From positions 1 to 51,507 of the forward strand of contig JAILEI010000065.1 of assembly GCA_024688225.1 (NCBI GenBank): a stretch of DNA of 51,507 nt, read 5' to 3'. A program made the position numbers and the translations under genes. The stretch comes from Succinivibrionaceae bacterium (GTDB lineage: Bacteria; Pseudomonadota; Gammaproteobacteria; Enterobacterales; Succinivibrionaceae). Positions 8,562-18,305 of the stretch are shown piece by piece. The stretch's first letter is position 1; each line of letters begins with the position of its first letter. A model generated the notes under the pieces. It worked only from the letters and a program-made list of their open reading frames with translations, did not search any database and had not been told where the DNA came from.

Positions 8562-9114
8562 GCGGGCCTCCATTGGCTCCATCCTTGAGGGTGTAGGTTT
8601 CATCGTTGAGGTTGCCGTGGAAATCCTTGCCCACGTCCTGCCAGCCACTGCTGTAGACGCGCACCTCCGCGCGGGTCTCCATGGTGCCGGACTGGGTGTG
8701 GAGGGTCATCTCGTCGGTTTCGGCGCGGTTGATGGGCGCGGGCCTGAAGAGCGGCACCAGCACCACGTTGCCCCTCATGAATATTTTATCATTGACCAAA
8801 ACATCCGCAAAATCCGCGTTGAGCTGCCAGCGCTCGGTGTCCTTGCCCCCCTCGTGCCGGTAGTGGACGAGCCGCGGGCGGTCGAGGGCCAGGGTGCCCG
8901 CGCGCTCGTGGTAGACGGCGTGGGTGCTGTCGAGGGCGTTGGCGAGCACCCCCTCGGGGGTGAAGCTCTCGCCGTGGTAGTTGTCGGCGACCAGGGTGGG
9001 CAGGCCGCGGACGCTGGTGCCCCGGTCATCCTGCAGGGCCAGGCGGTAGAGGCCAAAGCTCAGGGCGAAGGCGAGGAGCGAGAAGGCCAGGGAGCGGGAG
9101 GGCACGAGCCTCAT
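8533..9114 (-). CDS. lptC: LPS export system protein LptC
   Basis: Single N-terminal TM helix plus an OstA-like beta-jellyroll of about 190 aa, positioned between kdsC and lptA. The ATG overlaps the kdsC stop (ATGA). Confidence 0.85.
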   Translation of the reverse strand: MRLVPSRSLAFSLLAFALSFGLYRLALQDDRGTSVRGLPTLVADNYHGESFTPEGVLANALDSTHAVYHERAGTLALDRPRLVHYRHEGGKDTERWQLNADFADVLVNDKIFMRGNVVLVPLFRPAPINRAETDEMTLHTQSGTMETRAEVRVYSSGWQDVGKDFHGNLNDETYTLKDGANGGPHAVYFPSKR

Positions 9115-9695
9115 TGCGGGCCCCCCAGGGACAGGGCGGGATCCACTGGCCCGCCGTGCGGGCCCAGGCGACCCTGCGCGATGAGGATGAGGTCGCAGAT
9201 CTCGCGCACCGCCCCATGCCCGCCGGGGCGGTGGAGGGTGAGGTCGGCGATGGACTGCATGTAGGGGTGGGCGTCGCTGGGGCAGGCGGTGAGCCCGCAG
9301 CTGCCAAAGAGGGGCAGGTCGTTGAGATCATCGCCCACCGCCGCCATCAGGGCCGGGTCGATGCCGCTCCTCTCCCCCAGATCCGCCACGGCGCGGGCCT
9401 TGTCGGCCACGCCCTGGAAGAGGTAGGGGATGCCCAGCTCCGCGGCGCGGCGCGCCACCAGGCGCGAGTTGCGGCCGGTGATGATGGCCGCCTCCAGCCC
9501 CGCGCGCCTTAGGGCGCTGATCCCGTAGCCGTCCTGGGCGTAGAAGCGCTTTTGCTCCCCCTCCGCGCTGTCCAGCAGGATGCCCCCGTCGGTGAGGGTG
9601 CCGTCGACATCGAGGCACAGCAGGCGCACCTTGGCCAGGCGCCCCAGGAGGGCGGGGGGGACGAGGCCCCAGCAGGTCAGCAATGCCCCAGTCAT
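9111..9695 (-). CDS. kdsC: 3-deoxy-D-manno-octulosonate 8-phosphate phosphatase KdsC
   Basis: HAD motifs LLCLDVDGTLTDG and GDDLNDLP, in the canonical position upstream of lptC. Confidence 0.9.
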   Translation of the reverse strand: MTGALLTCWGLVPPALLGRLAKVRLLCLDVDGTLTDGGILLDSAEGEQKRFYAQDGYGISALRRAGLEAAIITGRNSRLVARRAAELGIPYLFQGVADKARAVADLGERSGIDPALMAAVGDDLNDLPLFGSCGLTACPSDAHPYMQSIADLTLHRPGGHGAVREICDLILIAQGRLGPHGGPVDPALSLGGPQ

Positions 9696-9740
9696 GTTCC
9701 CTCCGCAGCGCCTGGGCCCCGGCGGGGCCGCGATGGGGCC

Positions 9741-9746
9741 ATTATA
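9741..9746 (-). promoter_or_regulatory. Candidate -10 (TATAAT) for kdsC-lpt-rpoN transcription
   Basis: The minus strand reads GGCCTATAATGG, 46 nt upstream of ATG 9695. Confidence 0.35.
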
Positions 9747-9788
9747 GGCCATCGGTGGCCCCCCTGGGGGGCAGTGGCGGCCACCCTG

Positions 9789-9797
9789 TGCTACAAT
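9789..9797 (+). promoter_or_regulatory. Candidate extended -10 promoter (TGCTACAAT) for mlaF
   Basis: A TGn + TACAAT element 39 nt upstream of ATG 9836, in the divergent kdsC/mlaF gap. Confidence 0.4.
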
Positions 9798-9835
9798 CGC
9801 CGCCTGTAGTTCGGGGCAACCTAGGCTGGTGGCAA

Positions 9836-10633
9836 ATGGCGGGTGATCAAGCGCTGATTGAGGTTTCGGGGGTGCATTTCGCCTATGGCGGGCACCCCAT
9901 CTACCGTGATCTCTCCCTCACCATCCCCCGCGGGAAGATCACCGCGGTGCTCGGGCCCTCGGGCACCGGCAAGACCACCCTGCTGCGCCTCATCGGCGCG
10001 CAGCTGCGCCCGGACCAGGGCACCATCCGCTTTGACGGCACCGACGTGCACGCGCTGCCCCGCGGCGAGCTCTACGAGCTGCGCAAGCGCATGAGCATGC
10101 TCTTCCAGAGCGGCGCCCTCTTCACCGACATGGACGTCTACGCCAACGTGGCCTTCCCGCTGCGCGAGCACACCGCCCTGCCCGAGGAGATCATCCACAC
10201 CATGGTGACCATGAAGCTCGAGGCGGTGGGCATGCGCGCCGCGGCAGCGCTGATGCCCGCGGAGCTCTCGGGCGGCATGGCGCGCCGCGCCGCGCTGGCC
10301 CGCGCCATTGCCCTCGATCCTGAGCTCATCATGTACGACGAGCCCTTCGTGGGGCAGGATCCGATCACCATGGGGGTGCTGGTGCGCCTCATCAGCAACC
10401 TCAACTCCTCCCTCGGGATCACCTCGGTGGTGGTCACCCACGATGTCAAGGAGGTGCTGGCCATCGCCCACCAGGTCTACATCCTGGCCGACGGCCGCGT
10501 GCTGGGCGCGGGCACCCCGGAGGAAATCGCGAGGAGCGCTGATCCCCGGATCCGGCAGTTTGTGAACGGCGACTACGACGGCCCCTACAGCTTCCACCTG
10601 CAGGGCGGGCGCTCCTACCTGGAGGATCTGTGA
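9836..10633 (+). CDS. mlaF: Phospholipid ABC transporter ATP-binding protein MlaF
   Basis: [28 protein letters not shown] and [11 protein letters not shown]; followed by mlaEDCB. Confidence 0.93.
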   Translation: MAGDQALIEVSGVHFAYGGHPIYRDLSLTIPRGKITAVLGPSGTGKTTLLRLIGAQLRPDQGTIRFDGTDVHALPRGELYELRKRMSMLFQSGALFTDMDVYANVAFPLREHTALPEEIIHTMVTMKLEAVGMRAAAALMPAELSGGMARRAALARAIALDPELIMYDEPFVGQDPITMGVLVRLISNLNSSLGITSVVVTHDVKEVLAIAHQVYILADGRVLGAGTPEEIARSADPRIRQFVNGDYDGPYSFHLQGGRSYLEDL

Positions 10634-10635
10634 AC

Positions 10636-11412
10636 ATGCCGCAAGACGCGCTGGCCTTCCTTGGCCGCTATGCCCTGCAGCGCCTCGCCGCGCTGGGCCG
10701 CTCGACCCTGATGCTCTTCAACGCCCTCTCGGGGGTGCCGCGCCCCATCCGCCACTTCCGGCTGCTCACCGCTCAGATCCACTTCATCGGCGTGCAGTCG
10801 GTGATCATCATCGTGGTCTCGGGCGTGTTCATCGGCATGGTGCTCGGGCTGCAGGGCTTCAACATCCTCAAGAACTTCATGGCCACCGGCTCGCTGGGCA
10901 CCCTGGTGGCGCTCGCCATCATCCGCGAGCTGGGCCCGGTGGTGGCCGCGCTGCTGTTCGCGGGCCGCGCCGGATCGGCGCTCACCGCCGAGATTGGGCA
11001 GCTCAAGGCCTCCGAGCAGCTCTCCTCCCTGGAGATGATGGCCGTTGACCCGCTGCGCCGCATCATTGCCCCGCGCTTCTGGGCGGGGGTCATCAGCATG
11101 CCGGTGCTCGCGCTGCTCTTCTGCATGGTGGGGGTCTATGGCGGCAAGCTGGTCGGGGTGGACTGGCTGGGGCTTGATGACGGGATTTACTGGTCGGGCA
11201 TGCAGGCGAGCGTGGAGCTGGCCGGCGACCTGGGGGGCATGGCGCTCAAGGCGCTGGTCTTTGGCCTGGTGTGCACCTGGATCGCGCTGTTCAACGGCTA
11301 TGACTGCAAGCCCACCTCCAGTGGCATCAGCGCCGCCACCACCGCCACGGTGGTGCAGTCCTCGCTGGCGGTGCTGGGGCTTGACTTTGTGCTGACGGCA
11401 CTGTTGTTCTAG
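10636..11412 (+). CDS. mlaE: Phospholipid ABC transporter permease MlaE
   Basis: [45 protein letters not shown] is nearly identical in pattern to E. coli MlaE. GGAGGA lies 9 nt upstream of ATG 10636. GTG 10630 is an alternative start. Confidence 0.92.
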   Translation: MPQDALAFLGRYALQRLAALGRSTLMLFNALSGVPRPIRHFRLLTAQIHFIGVQSVIIIVVSGVFIGMVLGLQGFNILKNFMATGSLGTLVALAIIRELGPVVAALLFAGRAGSALTAEIGQLKASEQLSSLEMMAVDPLRRIIAPRFWAGVISMPVLALLFCMVGVYGGKLVGVDWLGLDDGIYWSGMQASVELAGDLGGMALKALVFGLVCTWIALFNGYDCKPTSSGISAATTATVVQSSLAVLGLDFVLTALLF

Positions 11413-11422
11413 GAGCCTTGTG

Positions 11423-11899
11423 ATGAAGACTAGACGGACCGAGATCCTGGTGGGGCTGTTCATGCTGCTCGGCATCATCGCCGCGGTGGTGCTCTCGCTC
11501 AAGGTGGCGGGGCTGGTGCTGGACAGCAGCTCGGACACCTACACCCTGAAGGCGCGCTTTGCCAACGTGGGCTCGCTCAAGCTGCGCGCCCCGGTGCGCG
11601 TGGGCGGGGTGCTGATCGGGCGGGTGGAGCGGATCACCCTGGACGGGGAGTCGCTTACCCCGGTGGTGGAGATGGCCATCTCCACGCGCTACGATCACCT
11701 CTCCAGCGAGTCGCAGGCGGCGATCCTCACCGCCGGCATCATCGGCGAGCAGTACGTGGGCGTCACCCCGGGCTTCTATGACGAGGACATGGGCACCACC
11801 TACCTCAAGGATGGCGACACCATTGAGAACACCAACTCCGCGCTGGCCATCGAGGAATTGCTGGGCAAGTTCCTCTACAACTCCTCATCCGACAAGTAG
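11423..11899 (+). CDS. mlaD: Phospholipid transport MCE-domain protein MlaD
   Basis: N-terminal TM helix plus an MCE domain (LKLRAPVRVGGVLIGRVERITLD). AGGAG lies 7 nt upstream of the ATG. Confidence 0.9.
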   Translation: MKTRRTEILVGLFMLLGIIAAVVLSLKVAGLVLDSSSDTYTLKARFANVGSLKLRAPVRVGGVLIGRVERITLDGESLTPVVEMAISTRYDHLSSESQAAILTAGIIGEQYVGVTPGFYDEDMGTTYLKDGDTIENTNSALAIEELLGKFLYNSSSDK

Positions 11900-11958
11900 C
11901 GTCCCTGGATTGGCACAACCAAAAACAGAACCAAGCACAGAAGAAGGAAACAACGAAG

Positions 11959-12585
11959 ATGATTAAGCAGACCCTGGCGGCGGCGGCCCTGTTTGCCGCC
12001 ACCCTCCTCCCGGGCAGCGCCCTGGCCGTGGACACCTCCGACCCCTGCCGACTGGTGAGCGCGGTGGCTACCGAGACCATGGACGAGATCAAGGCCAACC
12101 GCGAGCGCCTGGGTGACAAGAGCTTCACCCGGGACCTGGTGCGCCGCAAGATGATGCCCCACGTGGACAGCAAGTATGCCGCCTTTAGGGTGCTGGGCAA
12201 GCACCTCGAGAAGACCACCAAGCAGGAGCGCGAGGACTTCACCGCCGCCTTCACCGACTACATCGTCAAGTCCTATGCCGAGGTGATGGGCAAGTACGAG
12301 CACCAGGAGCTCATCCCGCCCAAGTGCGACAAGGGCCCGGGCGACGCCAAGCAGACCGCCGAGCGCTTCTTCATCCACGAGGATGGCAAGCAGGACTATG
12401 AGGTGGTGTTCAAGATGCGCAAGAACCCCAAGACTGGCGAGTGGAAGGCCTTTGACATGGTGGCCGAGAACATCTCCATGCTCTCCACCAAGATCTCCGA
12501 GCTCGATCCCATCCTGCAGAAGGAGGGGGTGGGGGCCGCCATCGAGGCGCTGCGCAAGTCCACCGCCTTCGAGGCCAAGCGCTAG
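11959..12585 (+). CDS. mlaC: Periplasmic phospholipid-binding protein MlaC (Ttg2D family)
   Basis: Signal peptide and Tol-tolerance family features (YAAFRVLGKH..., EWKAFDMVAENISML); supported by operon position. Confidence 0.88.
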   Translation: MIKQTLAAAALFAATLLPGSALAVDTSDPCRLVSAVATETMDEIKANRERLGDKSFTRDLVRRKMMPHVDSKYAAFRVLGKHLEKTTKQEREDFTAAFTDYIVKSYAEVMGKYEHQELIPPKCDKGPGDAKQTAERFFIHEDGKQDYEVVFKMRKNPKTGEWKAFDMVAENISMLSTKISELDPILQKEGVGAAIEALRKSTAFEAKR

Positions 12586-12588
12586 CCG

Positions 12589-12855
12589 ATGGCCGCGCCC
12601 TGCCTCACCGCGCTTACCGCGTCAACCGTGCCCGGCCTCTGGGCGCGGCGGGAGTCGCTCTTCGCGGAGACCTCGCTGGATCTCGGGGGCCTGGAGGCCA
12701 TCGACAGCGCCGGGGTGGCGTTCCTGGTGCACTGGACCAAGGCGATCAAGGCGCGCGACCCGGACGCGACCCTGACCCTTGAGCACGTTCCCGGCCAGGC
12801 CATGCGCCTCATCAACACCTTTCGCCTCAACCGCTTCTTTGAGCTGGTTGCCTAG
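12589..12855 (+). CDS. mlaB: STAS-domain protein MlaB
   Basis: An 88-aa STAS-like protein (LDLGGLEAIDSAGVAFLVHW); last gene of the mla operon. Confidence 0.8.
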   Translation: MAAPCLTALTASTVPGLWARRESLFAETSLDLGGLEAIDSAGVAFLVHWTKAIKARDPDATLTLEHVPGQAMRLINTFRLNRFFELVA

Positions 12856-12866
12856 GAGGAGACCGC

Positions 12867-13427
12867 ATGCGCCACCGCAGCACCATGGGGGAGAACCAGC
12901 ACTTCGAGGGCTTTGACGCAGAGCCCGAGGAGGAGAGCCGCAGCGCGCAAAAGCGCGCCGCGCAGGAGGTGCGCCGCCTCGCCGAGCGCATCTGTGACCT
13001 GGGCGCCCAGGCCTACTCCCACCTCGATCTTGGGGATCCCCAGCTGGAGGCGGCCATGGCGGAGGCGCGGCGCCTCAAGCCCCACTCGGACTCGAGGCGC
13101 CGGCAGCTGCAGTTCGCGGCGCGCCTGATGCGCGAGATGGATCTGGGCCCGCTGCGCGAGCAGGTGCGGCTGTTGGGGGCGTCCGCGGCCACCGATCCTC
13201 GGACCACCCGCCTCGAGCGGTTGCGCGATCAGCTGGTCGCGGGGGGAATGGGGGCGATTAACGCCCTGTGCGCGCAGCGCCAGGGCCTTGACCGCCAGCG
13301 GCTGCGCGCGCTGGTGCAGCGGGCCGCCGGGGAGGCCTCGGAGGGGCAGCGCCAGGGTTACCGGGCCCTGTTCCAGTACCTGCGCGAGGCGCTGGGCGAC
13401 GCGGAGATCCCCAGCATCGGCGACTAG
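12867..13427 (+). CDS. darP: DUF615 ribosome-associated protein YjgA/DarP
   Basis: Matches E. coli YjgA landmarks: RRRQLQFAARLMRE, LRDQLV and ALFQYLREAL. AGGAGGAG lies upstream of the ATG. Confidence 0.85.
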   Translation: MRHRSTMGENQHFEGFDAEPEEESRSAQKRAAQEVRRLAERICDLGAQAYSHLDLGDPQLEAAMAEARRLKPHSDSRRRQLQFAARLMREMDLGPLREQVRLLGASAATDPRTTRLERLRDQLVAGGMGAINALCAQRQGLDRQRLRALVQRAAGEASEGQRQGYRALFQYLREALGDAEIPSIGD

Positions 13428-14855
13428 CTAGCTGGTCCCGCCCACCGTAATCTCGTCGATGAGCAGCGTGGGCTGCCCGAGGCCCACCTCCACGCCCTGC
13501 CCGGCCTTGCCGCACATGCCCACCCCGTCATCCATGGTGAGGTTGTCCCCCACCATCGACACGCGCTGCATGACCTCCGGCCCATTGCCAATCAGGGTGG
13601 CGCCCTTGATGGGGGCGCCGAGGCGGCCGTTCTCGATGAGGTAGGCCTCGGAGGCGGCGAAGACGAAGCGCCCCGAGGTGATGTCCACCTGGCCGCCGGT
13701 GAAGTTCACCGCATAGATGCCGCGCTTGGCCGCGGCGATGATTTCCTCGGCCCCGTACTTGCCGGGCATCAGGCAGGTGTTGGTCATGCGCGGCAGGGGC
13801 AGGCAGTTGTATGACTCGCGGCGCCCGTTGCCCGTGGCGGGCATGCCCATCAGCATGGCGTTCTGCCGATCCTGCATGTAGCCGCGCAGGATCCCCTTCT
13901 CAATCAGGGTGGTGCGCCCGGTGGGCGTGCCCTCATCATCAAAGGTGGAGCTGCCGCGGCGGCTGGGCATGGTGCCGTCATCGATGATGGTGCAGTGCTC
14001 GGAGGCCACCCGCTCCCCGATGCGCCCGGAGAAGGCCGAGGAGCCCACGCGGTTGAAGTCCCCCTCCAGGCCGTGTCCCACCGCCTCGTGGATGAGCACC
14101 GCCGGCCAGCCCGCGGCGAGCACCACCGGCATGGAGCCCGCCGGGGCGGGCACCGACTCCATGTTTACCGCCGCCACGCGCACCGCCTCGCGCGCCAGGC
14201 GCTCGGCCTTGTCGCCCTGAAGCAGCTCGGGGAGCAGGAAGGCGCCCCCGGCGCTGGCCCGGCCGTCCTCGCGCCGCCCATGGCTTTCCATCACCACGGT
14301 CACGCTGAGGCTGACCATGGGCTTGAGATCCTCGCGCATCTCCCCGCGCTCGTTGATGATGAGGCGCGCCACGTGGCGGCAGGAGAGCGAGGCCATGACC
14401 TTGGTGACGCGCGGGTCGGCGGCGCGGCAGAGCCGGTCGATGCGCTCCAGCAACGCGGTGCGCTCGGCCCTTGACAGGGAGTCGCGCGGATCCCCGCCCA
14501 CATAGAGCGGGGTGGCCGCGCAGGGGGCGATGCGCACCGGCGCGGTGGCGCCAGGCCCCCCGGTGGAGATGGAGCGGGCGGCCAGGCAGGCCTCGCGCAG
14601 CGCGGCGGCGTCGATGCGGTCGGAGTAGGCGAAGCCGGTCTGCCCCTCGCGCACCGCGCGCACCCCAAAGCCCTTGCTGATGCCAAAGTGGGCGTCGTTG
14701 ATGATGCCCTCATCAAGGCTGAAGGTCTCGCTGGAGGATCGGGAGAAGAAGAGATCCGCAAAGCTGAGGTTGCGCCCGAGGAGCAGCTCCATGGCCCCCA
14801 GCGCCACCCCCTCGTCGATGTCAGTGCCGCCCCACAGCAGGTCACGCGCGCCCAT
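13428..14855 (-). CDS. tldD: Metalloprotease TldD
   Basis: HEAVGHGLEGDFN zinc motif, GNGRRESY, and conservation to the C-terminal end (GMCGKAGQ). Confidence 0.95.
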   Translation of the reverse strand: MGARDLLWGGTDIDEGVALGAMELLLGRNLSFADLFFSRSSSETFSLDEGIINDAHFGISKGFGVRAVREGQTGFAYSDRIDAAALREACLAARSISTGGPGATAPVRIAPCAATPLYVGGDPRDSLSRAERTALLERIDRLCRAADPRVTKVMASLSCRHVARLIINERGEMREDLKPMVSLSVTVVMESHGRREDGRASAGGAFLLPELLQGDKAERLAREAVRVAAVNMESVPAPAGSMPVVLAAGWPAVLIHEAVGHGLEGDFNRVGSSAFSGRIGERVASEHCTIIDDGTMPSRRGSSTFDDEGTPTGRTTLIEKGILRGYMQDRQNAMLMGMPATGNGRRESYNCLPLPRMTNTCLMPGKYGAEEIIAAAKRGIYAVNFTGGQVDITSGRFVFAASEAYLIENGRLGAPIKGATLIGNGPEVMQRVSMVGDNLTMDDGVGMCGKAGQGVEVGLGQPTLLIDEITVGGTS

Positions 14856-14858
14856 TGC

Positions 14859-15440
14859 TCACTCCTTAGGGGTGGGGTTCACTTCCATGCCCAGCCCCTC
14901 CAAAACCATGCGCAGCTGCGCCAGCGGCAGCCCCACCACCGAGGTTACCGATCCCTCAACCCGCTCCACCAGCATGGCCGCGAGGCCCTGCACCGCGTAG
15001 GAGCCGGACTTGTCGAGCGGCTCGCCGCTTGCCACATAGCGCCTCAGCAGCGCGTCGGGGGCGCGGGTGAAGGTCACGCGGCTCTCCACGGTCTCCACGT
15101 GCGCCTGCCCAGGCGAGAGCACCGCGAGGCCGGTGAAGACCTCGTGGGTGCGGCCGCACAGGCGCCGGAGCATCTGGAAGGCGTCCTCGGCGTCGCGGGG
15201 CTTGAGGAAGATCTCCTCGCCCAGGGCGACCACCGTGTCGGCCGCCACCACCACCGCGCCGGGATGGTGGGCGAGGACCGCCTCGGCCTTCTCGCGGGCC
15301 AGGCGGGCCACCAGGCTGGCGGGGGACTCGCCCTCGCGGCGCCCCTCATCGGTGTCCGGGGCCTCAATGGTGAAGGGCAGGCCCAGCTGCGCCATGAACT
15401 CACGGCGGCGGGGCGAGGAGGAGGCCAGGATGAGGCGCAT
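14859..15440 (-). CDS. maf: Maf-like nucleoside triphosphate pyrophosphatase (YhdE type)
   Basis: MRLILASSSPRRREF...SGSYAVQG; follows mreD with a TGATG overlap, as in the E. coli mreBCD-yhdE arrangement. Confidence 0.9.
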   Translation of the reverse strand: MRLILASSSPRRREFMAQLGLPFTIEAPDTDEGRREGESPASLVARLAREKAEAVLAHHPGAVVVAADTVVALGEEIFLKPRDAEDAFQMLRRLCGRTHEVFTGLAVLSPGQAHVETVESRVTFTRAPDALLRRYVASGEPLDKSGSYAVQGLAAMLVERVEGSVTSVVGLPLAQLRMVLEGLGMEVNPTPKE

Positions 15441-15976
15441 CAGCGATCCACCCTCACCAGGTCGTTGGGCTTCTTCTCCCCGTCGCTGACCCCCAGGGTG
15501 CGGGAGAGCAGCAGGCAGATGAGGTAAAGCAGCGGCCAGCACAGCGCGGTGACCAGCGAGGGCACCCACAGCGAGGCGCTGTAGGAGGTCTGCCCCAGGG
15601 CATGCTCCACCCAGTAGCTGACGATGTGCGCCACGGTCCCCACCAGGCCGATGACCACCATCTGCTGCCAGAGCACATAGCGGTCGAAGTGCCGGAAATG
15701 GGTGGCGATGACGTAGATCAGGATGGCGTAGGTCAGGGCGTTGAACCCCAGCGGCGATCCGCCGAGCAGGTCAAGCAGCAGCCCGCAGAACCAGGCCATC
15801 TCCATGTTCACCGGGCGCTGGTCGTAGATGGCAAAGTAGATAAGCAGCAGCGACAGCAGGTCGGGGCGGTAGGGATCGATCTCCTCGGGCAGTCTGAGGA
15901 TGGAGAGCACCAGCGCGATCAGGGTGAGCGGGATCAGCATCAGGTAGGGGGAGCGGGTCTTGACGCTGTCAGTCAT
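15440..15976 (-). CDS. mreD: Rod shape-determining protein MreD
   Basis: Polytopic membrane protein of about 178 aa between mreC and maf. The ATG overlaps the mreC stop (ATGA). Confidence 0.88.
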   Translation of the reverse strand: MTDSVKTRSPYLMLIPLTLIALVLSILRLPEEIDPYRPDLLSLLLIYFAIYDQRPVNMEMAWFCGLLLDLLGGSPLGFNALTYAILIYVIATHFRHFDRYVLWQQMVVIGLVGTVAHIVSYWVEHALGQTSYSASLWVPSLVTALCWPLLYLICLLLSRTLGVSDGEKKPNDLVRVDR

Positions 15977-16989
15977 GGCTGCGCCCCCGTGGCCTGCGGG
16001 GCCGGCACTGGATCCAAGGTGGCGGCCGGGGCGGGATCCTCACCCCCGTTGCCGGGGCGGGGCTCCGGCACCGACATGGTGCTGATGAGCTGCTCGAGGC
16101 GCTGCTGGCGCAACAGCAGCTTGCTGTCGGTGGGCTGCTTGGCCCGGACGCTGTCATCGCCGTCCTCGGCGGACTGGTACCAGAACATCAGCACGTAGCG
16201 CATGCGGTCAATGTCGACGATGGGCTTGGCCCTGATCACCGCGAAGGGCTGGTCGTCGCTGAAGCCCACCGAGGTCACCACCGCCACCGGGTAGCCCTCG
16301 GGGTACACGCCGCCGAGGCCCGAGGAGACCATCATGTCGCCCTGGCGCACGTCGGAGCTGCGGGGGATGTTGCGGATCAAAATCTCGTCATGGCTGCCAG
16401 TGCCCTCGGCGATGCCGCGGATCTGGTTGCGGGTGTCCACCACCGGCACCGAGCTCCGGGGGTCGCAGATGAGCAGCACCATCGAGGAGGCGGAGCTGGT
16501 GGAGATGACCTGCCCCACGAGTCCGATGTCGGTGAGCACCGGCATGCCCACATAGACCCCGGCGTTGGCGCCGCGGTTGACCCTAACCCGCTGCAGGTAG
16601 GGGTTGGTCTCGACGTCGATGATCTCGGCGAACATGCGGTTGGCGCTCTCGCGCAGGGGGGAGTTGAGCAGCTTGCGCATCGCCTCGTTCTCGAGCTCCA
16701 CGGCATGGAGGCGGGTCAGGTCGGCGCGCTGCAGGTAGTTCTCGCTGGAGAGGCGCTCGTTCTCATCGATGAGCTCGCTGCGCGAGCGGAACTGCGAGGA
16801 GACCATCTTGGAGACTGAGCTTGGGGAGTTGGCGAAGACCAGCAGGGGGTAGAGGGCGCTCTCGAGGTAGTAGCGGAACCCGTCCATCACCTTGAGCCTC
16901 AGGTCCGCCGCCATGATGGCGATGGTGAGGATCAGGACGAAGACAAAGCGCAGGCTGAGGAAAAAGCTGGACTCTTCGGGGCGTTTCAA
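15973..16989 (-). CDS. mreC: Rod shape-determining protein MreC (TTG start)
   Basis: Coiled-coil region (ELIDENERLSSEN...LENEAMRKLL), GMPVLTDIGLVGQV, SSGLGGVYPEGYPVAVV and a Pro/Ala-rich tail. TTG 16989 is preceded by AGGTAGGA. Confidence 0.9.
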   Translation of the reverse strand: MKRPEESSFFLSLRFVFVLILTIAIMAADLRLKVMDGFRYYLESALYPLLVFANSPSSVSKMVSSQFRSRSELIDENERLSSENYLQRADLTRLHAVELENEAMRKLLNSPLRESANRMFAEIIDVETNPYLQRVRVNRGANAGVYVGMPVLTDIGLVGQVISTSSASSMVLLICDPRSSVPVVDTRNQIRGIAEGTGSHDEILIRNIPRSSDVRQGDMMVSSGLGGVYPEGYPVAVVTSVGFSDDQPFAVIRAKPIVDIDRMRYVLMFWYQSAEDGDDSVRAKQPTDSKLLLRQQRLEQLISTMSVPEPRPGNGGEDPAPAATLDPVPAPQATGAQP

Positions 16990-17106
16990 CTCGGGTGCAT
17001 CCTACCTAAATCATGGCCACCAATTTAACCCATGCCCCCCGGCAAAGCAAACGCCGCGCCCCCGAAGGGGAGGCGCGGCGTGCTGGGCAGGGCCAGGGTC
17101 GGGATC

Positions 17107-18156
17107 CTAGTCGAAGATCTCGTTGTCCTGGGAGTCGTAGAGCTCAAGGGCCCTGCCGCCGCCGCGCGCCACGCAGGTGAGCGGATCCTCGGCGATGGTG
17201 ACCGGGATGCCAGTCTCCTCGCGCAGCAGCTTGTCGAGGTTGTGGAGCAGCGCCCCGCCGCCCGAGAGCATCATGCCGCGCTCGGCGATGTCGGCCGCCA
17301 GCTCGGGGGGCGACTTCTCGAGGGCGGTGCGCACCGCGCTGACGATGCCCTTGATCGAGTCGGACAGCGCGTCCAGGATCTCGTTGGAGTTGAGGGTGAA
17401 GGAGCGGGGCACGCCCTCGACCACCGAGCGGCCGCGCACCTCCTTCTCGTGCATCTCCTGCTCGGCGTAGGCCGAGCCAATCTCGATCTTGATCTGCTCG
17501 GCCGTGGCCTCGCCGATGTCGTAGCGCTTGGTGTTGCGCACGTAGTCGATGATCGCCTGGTCAAAGCGGTTGCCGCCGATGCGCACGCTGCTCGAGTAGA
17601 CCACGCCGTTGAGGGAGATGATTGCCACCTCGGTGGTGCCGCCGCCGATGTCCACGATCATCGAGCCCGAGGCCTCGGAGACCGGCAGGCCGGCGCCAAT
17701 GGCGGCCGCCATCGGCTCGGTGATGAGGAAGACCTCGCTGGCGCCGGCGCCCTCCACCGACTCACGGATGGCGCGGCGCTCGACCTGGGTGGCCCCGCAG
17801 GGCACGCAGACCAGCACCCGCGGCGAGGGCTTGAAGGGGAAGATGTGGGATCCGCTGAGCACCTTGTCGATGAAGTACTGGAGCATCTTCTCGGTGTACT
17901 GGAAGTCGGCGATCACGCCGTCCTTCATCGGGCGAATGACCTCGATGTTGTCCGGGTTGCGCCCCAGCATCAGCTTGGCGGCCTTGCCGACCGCGTCCAC
18001 CTTGCGCTGGGAGCTGCCGCTGCGATCGATGCGCACCGCGACCACTGAGGGCTCATTGACAACGATGCCCTTGTTCTTTACATAGACGAGCGTGTTGGCG
18101 GTTCCCAAGTCGATGGACAGGTCGTTGGAGAACATGCCGCGTAGTTTTTTGAACAT
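17107..18156 (-). CDS. mreB: Rod shape-determining actin homologue MreB
   Basis: [26 protein letters not shown]..., [14 protein letters not shown]. Confidence 0.97.
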   Translation of the reverse strand: MFKKLRGMFSNDLSIDLGTANTLVYVKNKGIVVNEPSVVAVRIDRSGSSQRKVDAVGKAAKLMLGRNPDNIEVIRPMKDGVIADFQYTEKMLQYFIDKVLSGSHIFPFKPSPRVLVCVPCGATQVERRAIRESVEGAGASEVFLITEPMAAAIGAGLPVSEASGSMIVDIGGGTTEVAIISLNGVVYSSSVRIGGNRFDQAIIDYVRNTKRYDIGEATAEQIKIEIGSAYAEQEMHEKEVRGRSVVEGVPRSFTLNSNEILDALSDSIKGIVSAVRTALEKSPPELAADIAERGMMLSGGGALLHNLDKLLREETGIPVTIAEDPLTCVARGGGRALELYDSQDNEIFD

Positions 18157-18257
18157 TACTGTGCCTGATAAGTCCGGTTGCCGGATCCCCTGGCGCCGTG
18201 GCGCTCAGGGCTGAAACCTTGCTACATCCCCCCAGCAGGGAAAGGGCGTGGCGAGCA

Positions 18258-18266
18258 ATTATAGCA
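18258..18266 (-). promoter_or_regulatory. Candidate extended -10 promoter (TGCTATAAT) for mreB
   Basis: The minus strand reads CCATGCTATAATTGC, about 100 nt upstream of ATG 18156. It is preceded by the ssb-distal GC hairpin GCCCGCGG...CCGCGGGC. Confidence 0.45.
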
Positions 18267-18305
18267 TGGCCCGCGGGGCGTTGCTTGGCACCGCGGGCGC
18301 TGATC

